NCBI GenBank assembly: GCA_965113315.1
Contig: OZ220366.1
Length of the DNA: 64,000 bases
Source of the DNA: Podarcis vaucheri
Lineage: Eukaryota
Direction: 5' to 3' (one strand)
Below are positions 48,570 through 60,456 of this stretch, piece by piece. Each line of letters begins with the position of its first letter. Within the stretch, counting starts at the first letter, position 1. A model generated the notes under the pieces. It was not told where the DNA came from. It worked only from the letters and a program-made list of their open reading frames with translations, and made no database searches. Position numbers and translations under genes: made by a program.

Positions 48570-49370
48570 ATTCCCAGACTGTCCCTGTATCGTTAACCTC
48601 TTGAGCTGACCTCTCTGCTCTTTGCTACTCTCTAGTTGCAACCTGCTTCCAACTTCTTCCTCCTCTTCCCACTTCTCTCTCAGACCTCAAGATGAGAGTT
48701 CACACGGGAACTATCTGTGATGGTTCTAGGGGTTGCTTGTGTGTAAATCAATGCCACCCTTGGCTGGCTGCCTGAGTGAACCCTTTCTGTCTGGACAGCC
48801 ACGCACCCGTGACTGTCTCAATCGCTGGCAGAATCCGTTAGTGGGCGTTTCTTGAACTTCTTCCAGCAAAGAAGCTCTTTGACGCTTAGTCTCCGCCTAG
48901 CCTTCTGCGCAGGGAGGGTGTGGGCATCGGAGGACCCGAGCTCTCCCCACTGGTTCCCGGCGAAGAGTCTTGGAGCCACCTCACCGATTCCCCCATCTGC
49001 CCCCTTCTCCACTGGTGTTACGCTGATTTCCTTCCCCAGAAGATGTGCTGCTTCTCTCCATCCTGGGACGCTCTCCGGAACCCCTCTGGAGCCCTCCCTC
49101 TCCCTCTGGCTCCGATGGCAGTTCCCTGACACTATCCTTTAAGAGGAGAAAGGGGCCAGTGTAGTTGCCTTGCTCTACTATAGACTAGTTAGACTGTAAC
49201 TAGGATATTTTCTAACCCAGTATGTGTTTCCTACAATAAACTACTTCGTTACTTTTCTTACCTACAAGCATAGCTTCTATGTGTGTGATTGCAATAGAAG
49301 AAGTCTGTTTTCTAACCAAGATTCACTCCCTTAATGCTGCCTTACTCTGCATATCAAAAAAACTTTCAAT
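48570..49370 (+). mobile_element. Probable older LTR fragment hosting the 48716 insertion
   Basis: Pyrimidine-rich R-like segment, AATAAA at about 49235 and a U5-like T-rich segment. Boundaries uncertain. Confidence 0.4.
48716..49131 (-). mobile_element. Solo-LTR-like element
   Basis: TGTGA...TGACA ends and perfect 5-bp TSD CTATC (48711-48715, 49132-49136). Confidence 0.8.
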
Positions 49371-50983
49371 AGGTAATTGGAACCAAATAATACATGATAC
49401 CATATGGGGCATAAGGTGTGGTTTGCCTGAAATGGCTACATAGGTCAACTGGAGAGGCTTGGCTTGTGCCCTGGTTTAGGGTTTTTTGTGTCACAAAAAA
49501 TCCTTGCACCAGAAATTAATGGGCGTGTTATACTCCTGGCCCCCTATTCCATTTTAGACAGACATCAGATTCCTTACTAGCAGTAGGGCAGCTCCGTATA
49601 GAACAAATTGCAGTAGTCTCTACTGAAATTATTAGTTTTCTCTGTAGAAGTCATTCAGTGTCTAGGAATCAGCTGCCTCTGAATGATGACACATGCACAT
49701 GTGAGACACATGGTGTGAAAATAATCATTACTGCATGTGTAGGGGACAGGAATAAAGAATTGTAGCAACTATTGATTATGTCATAGGAGGAAGCCCATGG
49801 GCAAGAATAATTGAACAAGCACCGAGGTGTGAGTTAGATGTTGCAGCCAGCTAGTGCTGCTTCACAGTGGAGAGCAGCACAATGCATGTCATTGATAAGG
49901 CTCAGATGCAGATGTCATAGCTTTGCATATCATGCTAGATACTCCCTTGCAATACTAGAACAACATGAAAAATACTTTGGTGTTTAACTTTTCGCAGTCT
50001 AGAACCTGCTTCTCTGATGGAAAGCATGTAGAAGGTAATTGAAATACGCAATGAAAGTCAAAAACCCCCAATCCAATTCAGCAACATAACAAAGCAATCT
50101 CCAAATGCGTGATGAAAGAGAGAGAGAGGAAAAATGCTTTCACTCTGCGTATGCAGAGACAGATATGTCAAGGCTGGTTGAAGAAGCAGGATTCGAAGAA
50201 CCTAATGGATTAATAAGGATCAGTGCAAGTACAAACAATGTTTAGACACACATTTTCTCCTAATGACACAAAATGGGGAAGAAAGTTTTCAGTTGCATTG
50301 TGAACCTTGACCGTGAATGCAGAGTCTGACATGAGTAGAGTTGACATGATGTATAAAGGATCTGGTTTTTGGTGTGGCTGATATGAAAAGGGTGTGTTGT
50401 ATGTTTGTATGTGAGCAGTAAGAGGAAATTGGTGCTCGAAATGTTATGGGGGCAGGGAAATGTGATGTGCAGTAAACTACCACATATTGGTAGAGAGAGC
50501 AACATAGGTAAACATCAAATCATAAATTGCACGAGAGATACTTTTCTCCAGACACACATATTTGTATGACTTGCTCTTAGGCTGTTAATATATTGTAAAG
50601 CCTTTATTTATACATTTTTTAACAACGTGGCTTTTTCCATATGCCTCTTTTAATTTATTTGTACTTAAAATGCTCACGTTTATGTTCTGTCTTTCTCCTT
50701 TGAATTAAATATCCATGGGTATGTAATTGAGAAGTGATTGTTTGCTTCAGGCTCTGGAAGGAATATGCAGAAAGAAATATTAGTATATTTAGGAGTGTAT
50801 ATCTTATTACTTGGGTGGTAGGTAATAACATTTAGGCTATATTAGAACAAGACGAATGGTCCATTTCTTTTCTTTCTTCCTGGTTGCACTGACTTCATCT
50901 CCTGCTGCTTGCTGTATAACCTTGATTTGCAGCAGAAGTTTGTATTTAATCTTAATACCAGAAACTTCCAAATATTCCTACTA

Positions 50984-51224
50984 CAGTGGCACCTTGGTTT
51001 AAGAACAGCCCTGTTTACAAACTATTTGGTATAAGAACTCCGCAAAACTGGAAGTAGTGTTCTGGTTAGCGAACTTTATCTCAGTCTACAAACGGAAACT
51101 GAGTGGTGGAAGGGCACAGGTGGCAGGAGGCCTCATTAGGGAAAGCGCACCTCGGTTTAAGAATGGCTTTGGTTTAAGAACGGACTTCAGGAATGGAATA
51201 AGTTCGTAAACCGAGGTACCACTG
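50984..51224. mobile_element. Tc1/mariner MITE
   Basis: TA-cagtggcaccttggttta...taaaccgaggtaccactg-TA. Confidence 0.88.
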
Positions 51225-52169
51225 TAATCATCTACAGAAGAGTCCTTGTATATTTTTATTCTGTGGTTTTATTATCTCATGCTTGTCTCTCAGAATACGA
51301 ACATCTTGAACTTCACCTGAAAAGTGCATAGAGAGATTTAAAAACAAGTTCAGTATTAAACAGGAACTTGCTTTAAATTTTTACTTAAATCCCCATCTGT
51401 AAGAGTTTCCCTGTTTCATAGCTGATCTTGTCTCCTAATTAAGTGTGGACCAAATTCGGTTCCCTGCATAAATTGATCAGAAGACACACACACACCGCAC
51501 CTAGGGTTGGCATGGCAACAGGGAACTTGTATGCTTCCTATCCATATGGTGCCTGCTGACGCTGCAATAGTTGCTATTCCTGATCTCTGCAGGCTAGTTC
51601 TGGAAAAACACTTTCTGTTTGTAAAGTGGTACTTTCAATAAATGCAGACTTTAGGTTGCCTGTGAAGACTCTAATGGTTGCTTTAAAAACAACAGCAACC
51701 TGAATTTTACCACTTTACACTAATTTTATATATTTGCTCTAAAATATTTATAGCCTTTTAAAACTTAACATTTCTGACTGATGCTGTTAAGCAGATTCAG
51801 AAATTATGAATGAACCCAGATCATTGCTTTTTAGAGAAGTCTGTGGGGAGAGTGTGTGTGTGTGTTCATGTTCAGATTAGTATGCACATCTGTTGAATTG
51901 GAACTGTTTAGGGTAGCAAGCCTTTGTCTATTTTAAGGCACAGGTCAGTTTAAAGCTATTATAAAGAAATTGTCTGAGTAAGGAAATATACTGGTTGTAT
52001 TTACCAAAATATTGTTGCATATTTCATATCCTTACCCTGTTTGAACTCACCCCCCTTTTCATTAGTATTAAAAGGTGAATTCCCACTACTAAATTGCTAA
52101 CATTGCAACCATAGACAGAGTGCCTAAATATTCCAGTACGCTAGAGTTTTATAATTTTGTTGAAAATGT

Positions 52170-52247
52170 AATCATAGAATCATAGAATCATAGAGTTGGA
52201 AGAGACCACAAGGGCCATCGAGTCCAACCCCCTGCCAAGCAGGAAAC
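52170..52247 (-). mobile_element. Extremely 5'-truncated CR1 tail
   Basis: (ATCATAGA)3 octamer tail plus gttggaagagaccacaagggccatcgagtccaacccc; flanking aaatgt direct repeat. Confidence 0.8.
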
Positions 52248-53695
52248 AAATGTTTTCAGTCACAACCCTAAGAGATAAGGAAAAGACACAGGGGGAAAAA
52301 ACCAGGTGGCATTTGAGGCAGTGAGTTGAGAGGAAGCAAATGTATTACTTGCCCTGGCACAGTATTGATTTTATTGAGGTTTGTCTGGGTTAACAGACAA
52401 AACAATACTTTAGAGGTCTGCGGCTGATCTTTTCAGCTTAGCTACTTGTATGACCACAAGCAAAGGCGAACTTAAAGGCTGCTGAGTTTAAGTGTTTGCT
52501 AAGCTGCTTGTTTTGTGTTGCAGATGGGGTGACTAGTTAATCTATAAAGAAGACAAGGAGTTAGATGGAAAAAAACCAAGTCAGCCTGTTGGATGAGCAC
52601 CCAGAAACAGTGTTGACTAGATACTCACTTGAATTGTACCTGGGCAGCAACACTATGATGAATATACTATGAGGTTGGGAACATATCCTGTAGAATTCTA
52701 TGTGTTATATTTTACCTGCACAATCAGAATGAATTTGAGGAACCAATATGCTTTTTCTGTGCAGCCTGAGCAGGAGCAAGTAAACAATGTTATAATTGTT
52801 GTAGCTTGCCTTCACTTACACAACCCCAATGCCCTCCTCACAGTTGTGAAGAATATTCTTATGTTATGAATGGTCCATGTCACCATTCAGAAAAAGAGGT
52901 AGGGGAAAAAAGACTTTAGAGCCATCTTGCCGAAAAATAGCAACTAGGCATTCTGTTCTGGTGACCGAAACCTTGGTTTAAGGAGCTATTTGGTGCCAAG
53001 TTTCTAACACTGCTCCCAGTTCAAATATTGGCCTAATTCCGGGCTCCAGCTCTGGTTTAAATATATCCAGACCTGATCCAACCTGGATTCAGAAATGTGA
53101 ATATTGTTCTCTCATTCACTTGCATTGGGAATCCAAAGAAACCATAGCTTCATTTGTTTCCCCCCCATATAGGTACATGAAATTCTGGGACATAATAGCC
53201 CCTCAAGAGGGGAATTAACCTTGTCAGAGTACAGACAGGTAGCTCCAGGAGTGTTTGTACAGACAACATTTTAAAAATACCACACCGCCCCAATGTATGT
53301 AATAATATACTGAATGTGTACTGCTGATTTGCTAACTGTGATTTATTGCAACTTCTTTGTTTACTATGACTTGAGACGCGAACTGATAAGCGCATGGAGA
53401 AATATACCACTTCTCTAATAAAGCTGGCGAGACAGAACTGACTCAAGGCACAAAGTTCTTTCCTATAGTGATTCATTATTAATAACTGGATGTTTTGCTC
53501 AGAGGTCAATTCCAGGACTTCAGACTTAGTAAGTAGTGGTTTGTGGGGAATTTTTGAAATGATGTACAACTCATCAGCATCATTATCCTATAGCAATAGC
53601 AACCTTTCAAAGCATTTTTTTGGTTTTTTTTTACAGCGGTCTTAATCTTGGAGAAGGTTGCTGGTCCTGTGCATGCATAAGCAGCTGCCTGATAT

Positions 53696-53696
<1 letters not shown>

Positions 53697-53746
<50 letters not shown>

Positions 53747-54045
53747 GTTTATTTATATCCCGCCCTCCCCAGCCGAAGCCGGGCTCAGGGCAGCTAACAA
53801 CAATAAAACAGTACAAAAGTACAGCATAAACAACATTCTAAAATCATTCATTATAAAATTAATTAATTCAAGCCACTGGCAACCATTGGGCCAGAGCTCC
53901 GCAAAGATTGCCGAGGGAGGGAGTCAGGCTGTGCCTTGGCCAAAGGCCTGGTGGAACAGCTCTGTCTTGCAGGCCTTGCGGAAAGATGTCAAGTCCCGCA
54001 GGGCCCTGGTCTCTTGTGACAGAGTGTTCCACCAGATCGGAGCAT
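53697..54045 (-). mobile_element. L2-type LINE 3' end with long (TAA)n tail
   Basis: Minus-strand remnant ...tggtggaacactctgtc...gacagagctgttccaccaggcctttgg (WWN.L...KTELF.QAF type), 3'UTR, and (TAA)16 at 53697-53744. Confidence 0.8.
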
Positions 54046-54954
54046 TGGTCCACTTAGCTCAATATTTTCTACCTTGCCTGGCACCAGCTTTCTAAGGCTT
54101 CCACACCAGAGTCTTTCCCACCCATACCTGGGAAATAGGGTATCTCTTCCTCTTCTTGGCAAAACACCTGCCAAGAGACTGCTGCATAAAGGAGGATAAC
54201 TGATCTCCCTCACTGTTGACCCCTGATTCTGAAATGGAGAGTCCTAAAAGGGCTAAGCTCTTTGTGAAAATACTCCTCCTTTTTTGTGGGGGCTGCACTG
54301 GCTGCTAATATCATGCTGGACCATGTTTACGGTTTTGTTGCTGGCATATAAAACCCTAAACAACTTGGAATTAGCTTATTTTGAGGGATCATTTTGTCTC
54401 TTACAGATATAACTGCCTGGGCACTGTTTTTGTCTGTAGAGGCTCTTGCGTGGTGGTACCACATGCCCTGAGGCCTGAGGATTGATCTGCAGCTGCTTGG
54501 AGAATGGTCTTTTAAACATAGCAATCACAGCAATGTGGAACTCCCTCCTTGTTGACATGTGACAACAACTCTAGGCTTTGGACTTAGGTTCTACTTTTTG
54601 TGCAAGACTTCCCAGAAGAAAATTCTACCCGTGTATATTATCAGTCACCGTGAAATAACATATATGCATCATGCACAGCTTGCATTTATATTGTATATTG
54701 CTATTTTTAAACTTCTGTGCAATGTTAAGCTGACTTATAAATATTTTGGGTCATCCCTAAGTAATAGGTTCCCATCGCATGTGTTTTCTTTACCTAACTA
54801 TCTGAGGAAAAATGAAGTTGTCTCAAGTTCTCAGGAGGTCTTAAGTTTACAGTTAATGAAACTTTTATTTTTTTGTCTGTGCCTGTGCTGTGGAGCTGTG
54901 TGTGGACAAAAGATACACACACATTTCTAGAGCATTTAGTATTTCCAGTACATA

Positions 54955-55330
54955 CCGTATTTTTCGCCCTATAGGACGCACTTTTCCCCCCTCCAAAAAG
55001 GAAGGGGTAATGTGTGTGCGTCGTGTGGGGCGAATGCAGGCTTTCGCTGAAGCCTGGAGAGCGAGAGGCGTCAGTGCGCACCGACCCCTTTCGCTCTCCA
55101 GGCTTCAGGAAGCTATCCGCAAGCCTTGCGCGCCCGGCGGGAGTTGCCGCCGGGCTCGCAAGGCTTGCGGATAGCAGCCTGTTCTGGGGGCTGGGGTCGG
55201 GGGAAGCTTGGGCTTTCGCCACCCCAGCCCCGCGACTGGGGGGGGAGATTTTTTTTTAATTCATTCCCCCCCCCAAAAAAACCGAGGTGCGTCCTATGGG
55301 CTGGTGCACCCTATAGGGCGAAAAATATGG
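54955..55330. mobile_element. Tc1/mariner (pogo-type) MITE with GC-rich internal hairpins
   Basis: TA-ccgtatttttcgccctatagg...cctatagggcgaaaaatatgg-TA; CpG-rich interior. Confidence 0.9.
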
Positions 55331-55501
55331 TATACACAAAGCCGATAATTGGTTCTCCCACCCATCCACAATGGATTAGCAGGTGCCATTATTTGTCAAC
55401 AGTGTTAAAGCTGGAATACAGGAAGCTGTGTTTGGCTTGTTTGGACAACTAGTAACTTTATATAATCTGACAGCTGAGGTTTACTTGATAGAATGACACT
55501 C

Positions 55502-55728
55502 ATGAACTTAATTCGTTCCGGAGGTCCGTTCTTAACCTGAAACTGTTACTAACTAGAGGCGTGCTTTCACTAATGAGGCCTCCTGCTGCTGCCGTTGCGC
55601 CGCTGGCGCATGATTTCCGTTCTCATCCTGGGGCAAAGTTCTCAACTCGAGGTAACTCTTCCAGGTTAGCGGAGTTTGTAACCTGAAGCGTTTGTAACCT
55701 GAGGCGTTTGTAACTCGAGGTACCACTG
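55502..55728. mobile_element. Tc1/mariner MITE lacking its left TIR
   Basis: Body homologous to the 28545 and 57350 copies; right end gaggtaccactg-TA. Confidence 0.82.
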
Positions 55729-57349
55729 TACTTGCATGTTGTTCTCCTTTAAACTCTCTCTTGGGTCCTTTTTAAAATTTGTCACAGTATCAGTACTAAG
55801 ATTCAGGAGATTCATGCTGCTCTTTGTAGCTTGTCTTCAAAAGAATATAATAATTACAGCAATGACTGGATCAAATTTTGGTGATGTCCTCTTTTTATGA
55901 TGTGGTAAGAACATAATTTTGGGTTCTAGTGTTTCGAAAGCCTAATTCAGCTCTTGTGTAGACAACCCTGTAGAATAAACACAGACCTAACTTCCAGTAA
56001 CTGATATTTTTGCATAAACATACTGTTGTTTTTACTTCATGACAAGTGATAGGGAAGAAAGGAAACCGTAGAATGCAATTGTGGGGAATACATATTCTGT
56101 TTGCTTGATGGTGACATGTGCTACGTTTTTGTTTTGGTTGCATATTTATGGGGATAATTGTGGTGGGTGAGGAAAAGTGTACTTGAAGTGTTTTCCATCT
56201 TCATTTCCCGCCAGCTTGGATACATAGAAACCATACTTTTAAATGCATTTGTCATCCAAGATGGGAGTCAATTAGTCTTTATACGTCTTTCTCTCCATTG
56301 TGCTCCAAAGCATGTTTGTAAAGAATAAGTAGGCCACACACAATGCTATCCTTAAACAGGTACTTAATACAATTTTGTGAGAAGAGCTGGGAGAATAGAT
56401 GCTGAATAGTTGATAGGATGGGAATGTTAGGCAGAGATTGTAGCCAGGTGCACAAACTTCATATTTCCTAGGCTACTGGATTTATCCTTGTATTTTAAAT
56501 TAAGCATTTCCCCCCTTTAGCTTCTAGAGTCGTTTTAATAAAAGAGCCGTGCTTTAGCTTTCCTTCTAGGGTATTCACCCTCTCAAGTTGACTTACAAAG
56601 GCAGTCAGCAAACCAATATAAGAAGATTGCAAGCCAAAAATTATAAATGTCATTAAGTGTAAACATTGATTCTTTAAATAATGGTTTTACAAATGATTTA
56701 AACCGTGATTCTATGTACAAGTTGTTTTAACAATTGCGCTGATGTGCAACGTCCCCTACTCTAGGATCATATAGTGAAAGTGGTTTATAAATGCCTATAA
56801 TAAATTTTAAAAGTAAAATAAAATGAGGGCAGATGAAACCGCTGCTAAAACACAGTGCCATAAAATCACCCCAAAGCAAATTCCCAGCCTGCTCCCTCAA
56901 ATACTCCTATACTCAGCACTCAATAATCCTCTGCATGAATATGTTTTAAATGAATGGCACTGATAGGGAATGAATAGAATTGGTAGGAAATGCTACAGCT
57001 ACACCTTGCAATTGGCAGGAGGTGTATTTCGCCTCTTCTTCCTGCATGCTGGAATAGAGATCTTGTGGAGGGGGCACAGTGGTGTCCTCATGTGGGGTGT
57101 CCACCCAATGGGAAGGGAGGCAACCTGGAGCTTTGTTGTCTTTCCTACAGCTTTATCGGTTATGATGGAGTCCATTTGTCACATGTGGACTTTAATATGT
57201 CTTTATCAGATCTACAACAAGGCCTGATAGGGTTGCTCAGCTCTACTGCTTTTTGTGAATAGCTTCCTGCTCCCCTCCCCATTTTATTTCCCTCTGGATC
57301 CACTGTTTACAGCCCCTCCAGAATCATCATCACCATCATCAAATGTATA

Positions 57350-57585
57350 CAGTGGTACCTCTGGTTATGAATTTAATGTGTTCCGGAGGTCTGTTCTTAA
57401 CCCAAAACCATTCTTAACATGAGGCACACTTTCGCTAAAGGGGCCTCCCGCCGCGCTGCTGGCATGCGACTTCCGCTCGCATCCCAGGGCAAAGTTCGTT
57501 ACCGGGAGCATCTACTTCTGGGTTAGCGGAGCTTGTTACCCAAAGCGTGTGTAAGGAGGACAGTTTGTTACCGGAGGTACCACTG
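57350..57585. mobile_element. Tc1/mariner MITE
   Basis: TA-cagtggtacctctggtta...ggaggtaccactg. Confidence 0.85.
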
Positions 57586-58159
57586 TTTGTGCCTGTTCCT
57601 CATGATAACACTTCCTGCTTGTCAGATGGACTATATCCCACAGTAGTTTATGCCATAATAATTGCTTTAGTCTTTAAGGTGTTCTTTGTTTTTTGTTGCA
57701 AGAGATTAACCTGGCTACCTCAAGGATGGGTTTTGCCTTTTGAGCAACTGAGCCTTGTATGTGACTCAGGCTTAGTATCTTTTTCAGATGAAGAGCTAGA
57801 CATTGAGGAAGTTAGTTTTTGGAACATGGCCTTCCAGGAAAGCCTATGGAAAGGAATTTCCACCTGTCTAGACAGAAACATTCCGTAAGCACCAACTTAT
57901 CAGGCAGGTAAGATGTGTACCGTGAGAAGGTGGCTGAGACAGTCCCCTGGGGCACATTGATGGTTTCCTTAAGGTTGTGTTGACCCTACTGTGTTCACAA
58001 CCTTGAGGCCAGTTTTGAATTCCTGACAGCATGTATCCAAAAAGGACTTTCCTATCCCCGAGTGTTGATAGATCTGAAAAAAGGAAGGCTGTGCAGTTCA
58101 ACAAGTTGCAGTGCTTGGTGTTTATCAGAGTTTTCAAAGGGGAGGGGAGGAGGTAACAG

Positions 58160-58877
58160 TTGCGTTGACACGGAGTTGACACAGAGTTTAGTTTAAGGTT
58201 ATTGGCATAATTTTGGCCACAACTTTGATTACAGATCATGAGTGGTTTGCTTAGGCATTTGTTCCTGACTAGCTTCACCTGACCTCAGCAGGGCAGCACT
58301 GACGCCTGGACTCCGGCAGACGTCAATAAGGGAAAACATCCTGGGGGAGCATTGGACCAGGTTCAGACTCAAGCTCACCCCAAATGCTCCCAGGGGCTCT
58401 GGCATGGCCCTAACCCCTGGAAGGGGATTGGACAAAAGCAAAGCGAGCCCCTGGATTCCTTTAATGGAATACCCTAGCATTGGAGGGGCAGGCACAGCCT
58501 ATCCACATCCCGTCCACCACCATTGAACCAATGCCTAACTGCCAAACCTTACAAAGTTGTGATGATTTGCTATGCGGCAGGCGAAATCCAAGTGGCACCA
58601 GCCAATCAGCCAAATGGGAAAATTCCTACCGGGCCCCTGTCCCAAAAACTAGACGACCCATGACGGCGTAGCAAGCTCATAATGAACCCTAAATATAGGG
58701 AGGGTGGGCGGATGATCCGGTGCACGAGGTGAAAAAGAGGAAGCTCAACGCAACGTGCAGCGGTATATATGGGTCCCTCGGTTAATGCATGAAACGATCC
58801 CATTGGCCAGATTTACCCCAGCAACCAAGGGACCACCAATCGGGTTGTTGAGGCTACCCAACTGCTTCCACCCACAA
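58160..58877 (-). mobile_element. Putative DIRS/Ngaro (tyrosine-recombinase retrotransposon) terminal-repeat remnant
   Basis: Discrete CpG-richer block with ends ttgcg...cacaa, CAG on both flanks, CCAAT and TATATA on the minus strand, cgcccaccctccct and aatcaaagttgtggcc motifs that I recall from squamate/amphibian YR elements. No coding sequence. Confidence 0.5.
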
Positions 58878-59036
58878 CAGCAGTAAGGTCAGTCTTGATC
58901 TCACCACAACGTGTGCTCTCTGGGAGGAGGACACGTTTTAGTTAAGAGCACAGATGATCCTGCCTGTATAATTAACAAGAGAACACTTATTGGGCTGTAT
59001 TATGAATGATGACAGATTGAAAACAAAATGTGTATG

Positions 59037-59255
59037 CAGTCATACCTTGAAAGCCAAATGGAATCCGTTCCGGAAGTCTGTTCGACTTCCAAAATATTCG
59101 GCTTCCAAGGCGTGGCTTCCGATTGGCTGCAGGAGCTTCCCACAGCCAATCGTAAGCCGTGGAAGCCCTGCCGGACGTTCAGCTTCCAAAAGAACACTCA
59201 AAAAGCGGAACACTCACTTCCAGTTTTTGATTGTTCAGGAGCCAAGGTACAGCTG
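59037..59255. mobile_element. Tc1/mariner MITE (family of 26985)
   Basis: cagtcataccttg...caaggtacagctg-TA; homologous body. Confidence 0.8.
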
Positions 59256-59591
59256 TAGTATAAAATGGTCATTGGCCCATTTTATTTCATTTATTGTGGG
59301 TGACAGGTGGTCTCAATGCAGAGTTCTTCATGCATGTTTGAATTGATGGCGGTCTCTTTTTGAACTGTGTGCATTCTAGTATATTTTACTGTAGTGAGCG
59401 GCATGATGCCTAATTTTGGTGATACAACTCCTAGGGAGATTAGTGTTTGCAATTTGTAATGCGAACCAAAGGGACCCTACAAATTTTATTATTAATGAAC
59501 TAGTTATTGCATTTTAAGTTTTATTTTAAGCACTTAAATGCTTTACCACCTGCATAACCAGTATTCTTTCCCTTACTACATTTTTTAAAAT

Positions 59592-59802
59592 TACATTTAT
59601 ACCCCACCTTTCTCCAAGGCACTCAAACTGGTTTACATTATTCTTCCTCTGCCCTTTTAATTCTCAAAACAACCCTGTGAAGGAGGGTAGATTGAGAGAC
59701 AGTGAGTGGCTCAAGGTTACCCAGTGAGCTTTATCGTGGTTTAGGAATTTTAACTCTCGTATCCTGGATCCCAGTCAGCTATATAGCCATTACAACACAC
59801 TG
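59592..59802 (-). mobile_element. CORE/Squam3-like SINE (old)
   Basis: atttataccccacctttctcc...aacaaccctgtga...gagagacagtgagtggctcaaggttacccagtgagc. Confidence 0.7.
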
Positions 59803-60110
59803 CAAAACCTACTTTAAAAATATAGTCATTTTACTCAAAGTGTAATGAATGATAGTGAAGAATTAAATGTTGTTGTGCCCCTAGTGTTAATTAAGCTTTT
59901 TATGTAGATCAGTTTAAAGTAGAGGGCACAGCAGGGGTGCAGAACAAAGTTGTTGCGTTAGATATGTCATGGTATTCTCTTAAGTTGGTCGATCCAAATA
60001 AATGACAAAATAATGTAAATTGTGTTACTTGCAACTTTGACATTCGTGTTGCATGAGCTATAATGGCTTTAAAAATACCTTGCAAATATAATAAAAGGAA
60101 GATAAATATA

Positions 60111-60456
60111 AAGGGTAAAGGGACCCCTGACCGTTAGGTCCAGTTGTGGCCGATTCTAGGGTTGCGGCGCTCATCTCGCTTTATTGGCTGAGGGAGCCGG
60201 CGTACAGCTTCCGGGTCATGTGGCCAGCATGACTAAGCCGCTTCTGGCGAAGCAGAGCAGCGCACGGAAATGCCGTCTATCTTCCTGCCAGAGCGGTACC
60301 TATTTATCTACTTGCACTTTGCTTTCGAACTGCTAGGTTGGCAGGAGCAGGGACCGAGCAATGGGAGCTCACCCTGTCACGGGGATTCGAACTGCCGACC
60401 TTCTGATCGGCAAGTCCTAGGCTCTGTGGTTTAACCCACAGTGTCACCCGCATCCC
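60111..60456 (-). mobile_element. Sauria SINE (young subtype), full length
   Basis: 19-bp TSD taaaaggaagataaa(t/c)ata at 60092-60110 and 60457-60475. Confidence 0.93.

Noticed and set aside
53658-54095. 145-aa ORF with poly-Ile
   Set aside because: Translation of the (TAA)n tail and antisense L2.
28545-57585. CRISPR-like or gene-cassette interpretation of recurring cagtggtacc repeats
   Set aside because: Dispersed TIR pairs with TA TSDs, i.e. ordinary MITEs. Eukaryotic DNA with no regular repeat-spacer array.
58260-58879. TG...CA solo LTR with gcatt/gcagt TSD
   Set aside because: Element-like sequence continues to about 58160, and the ttgcg/cacaa plus CAG boundaries explain it better.
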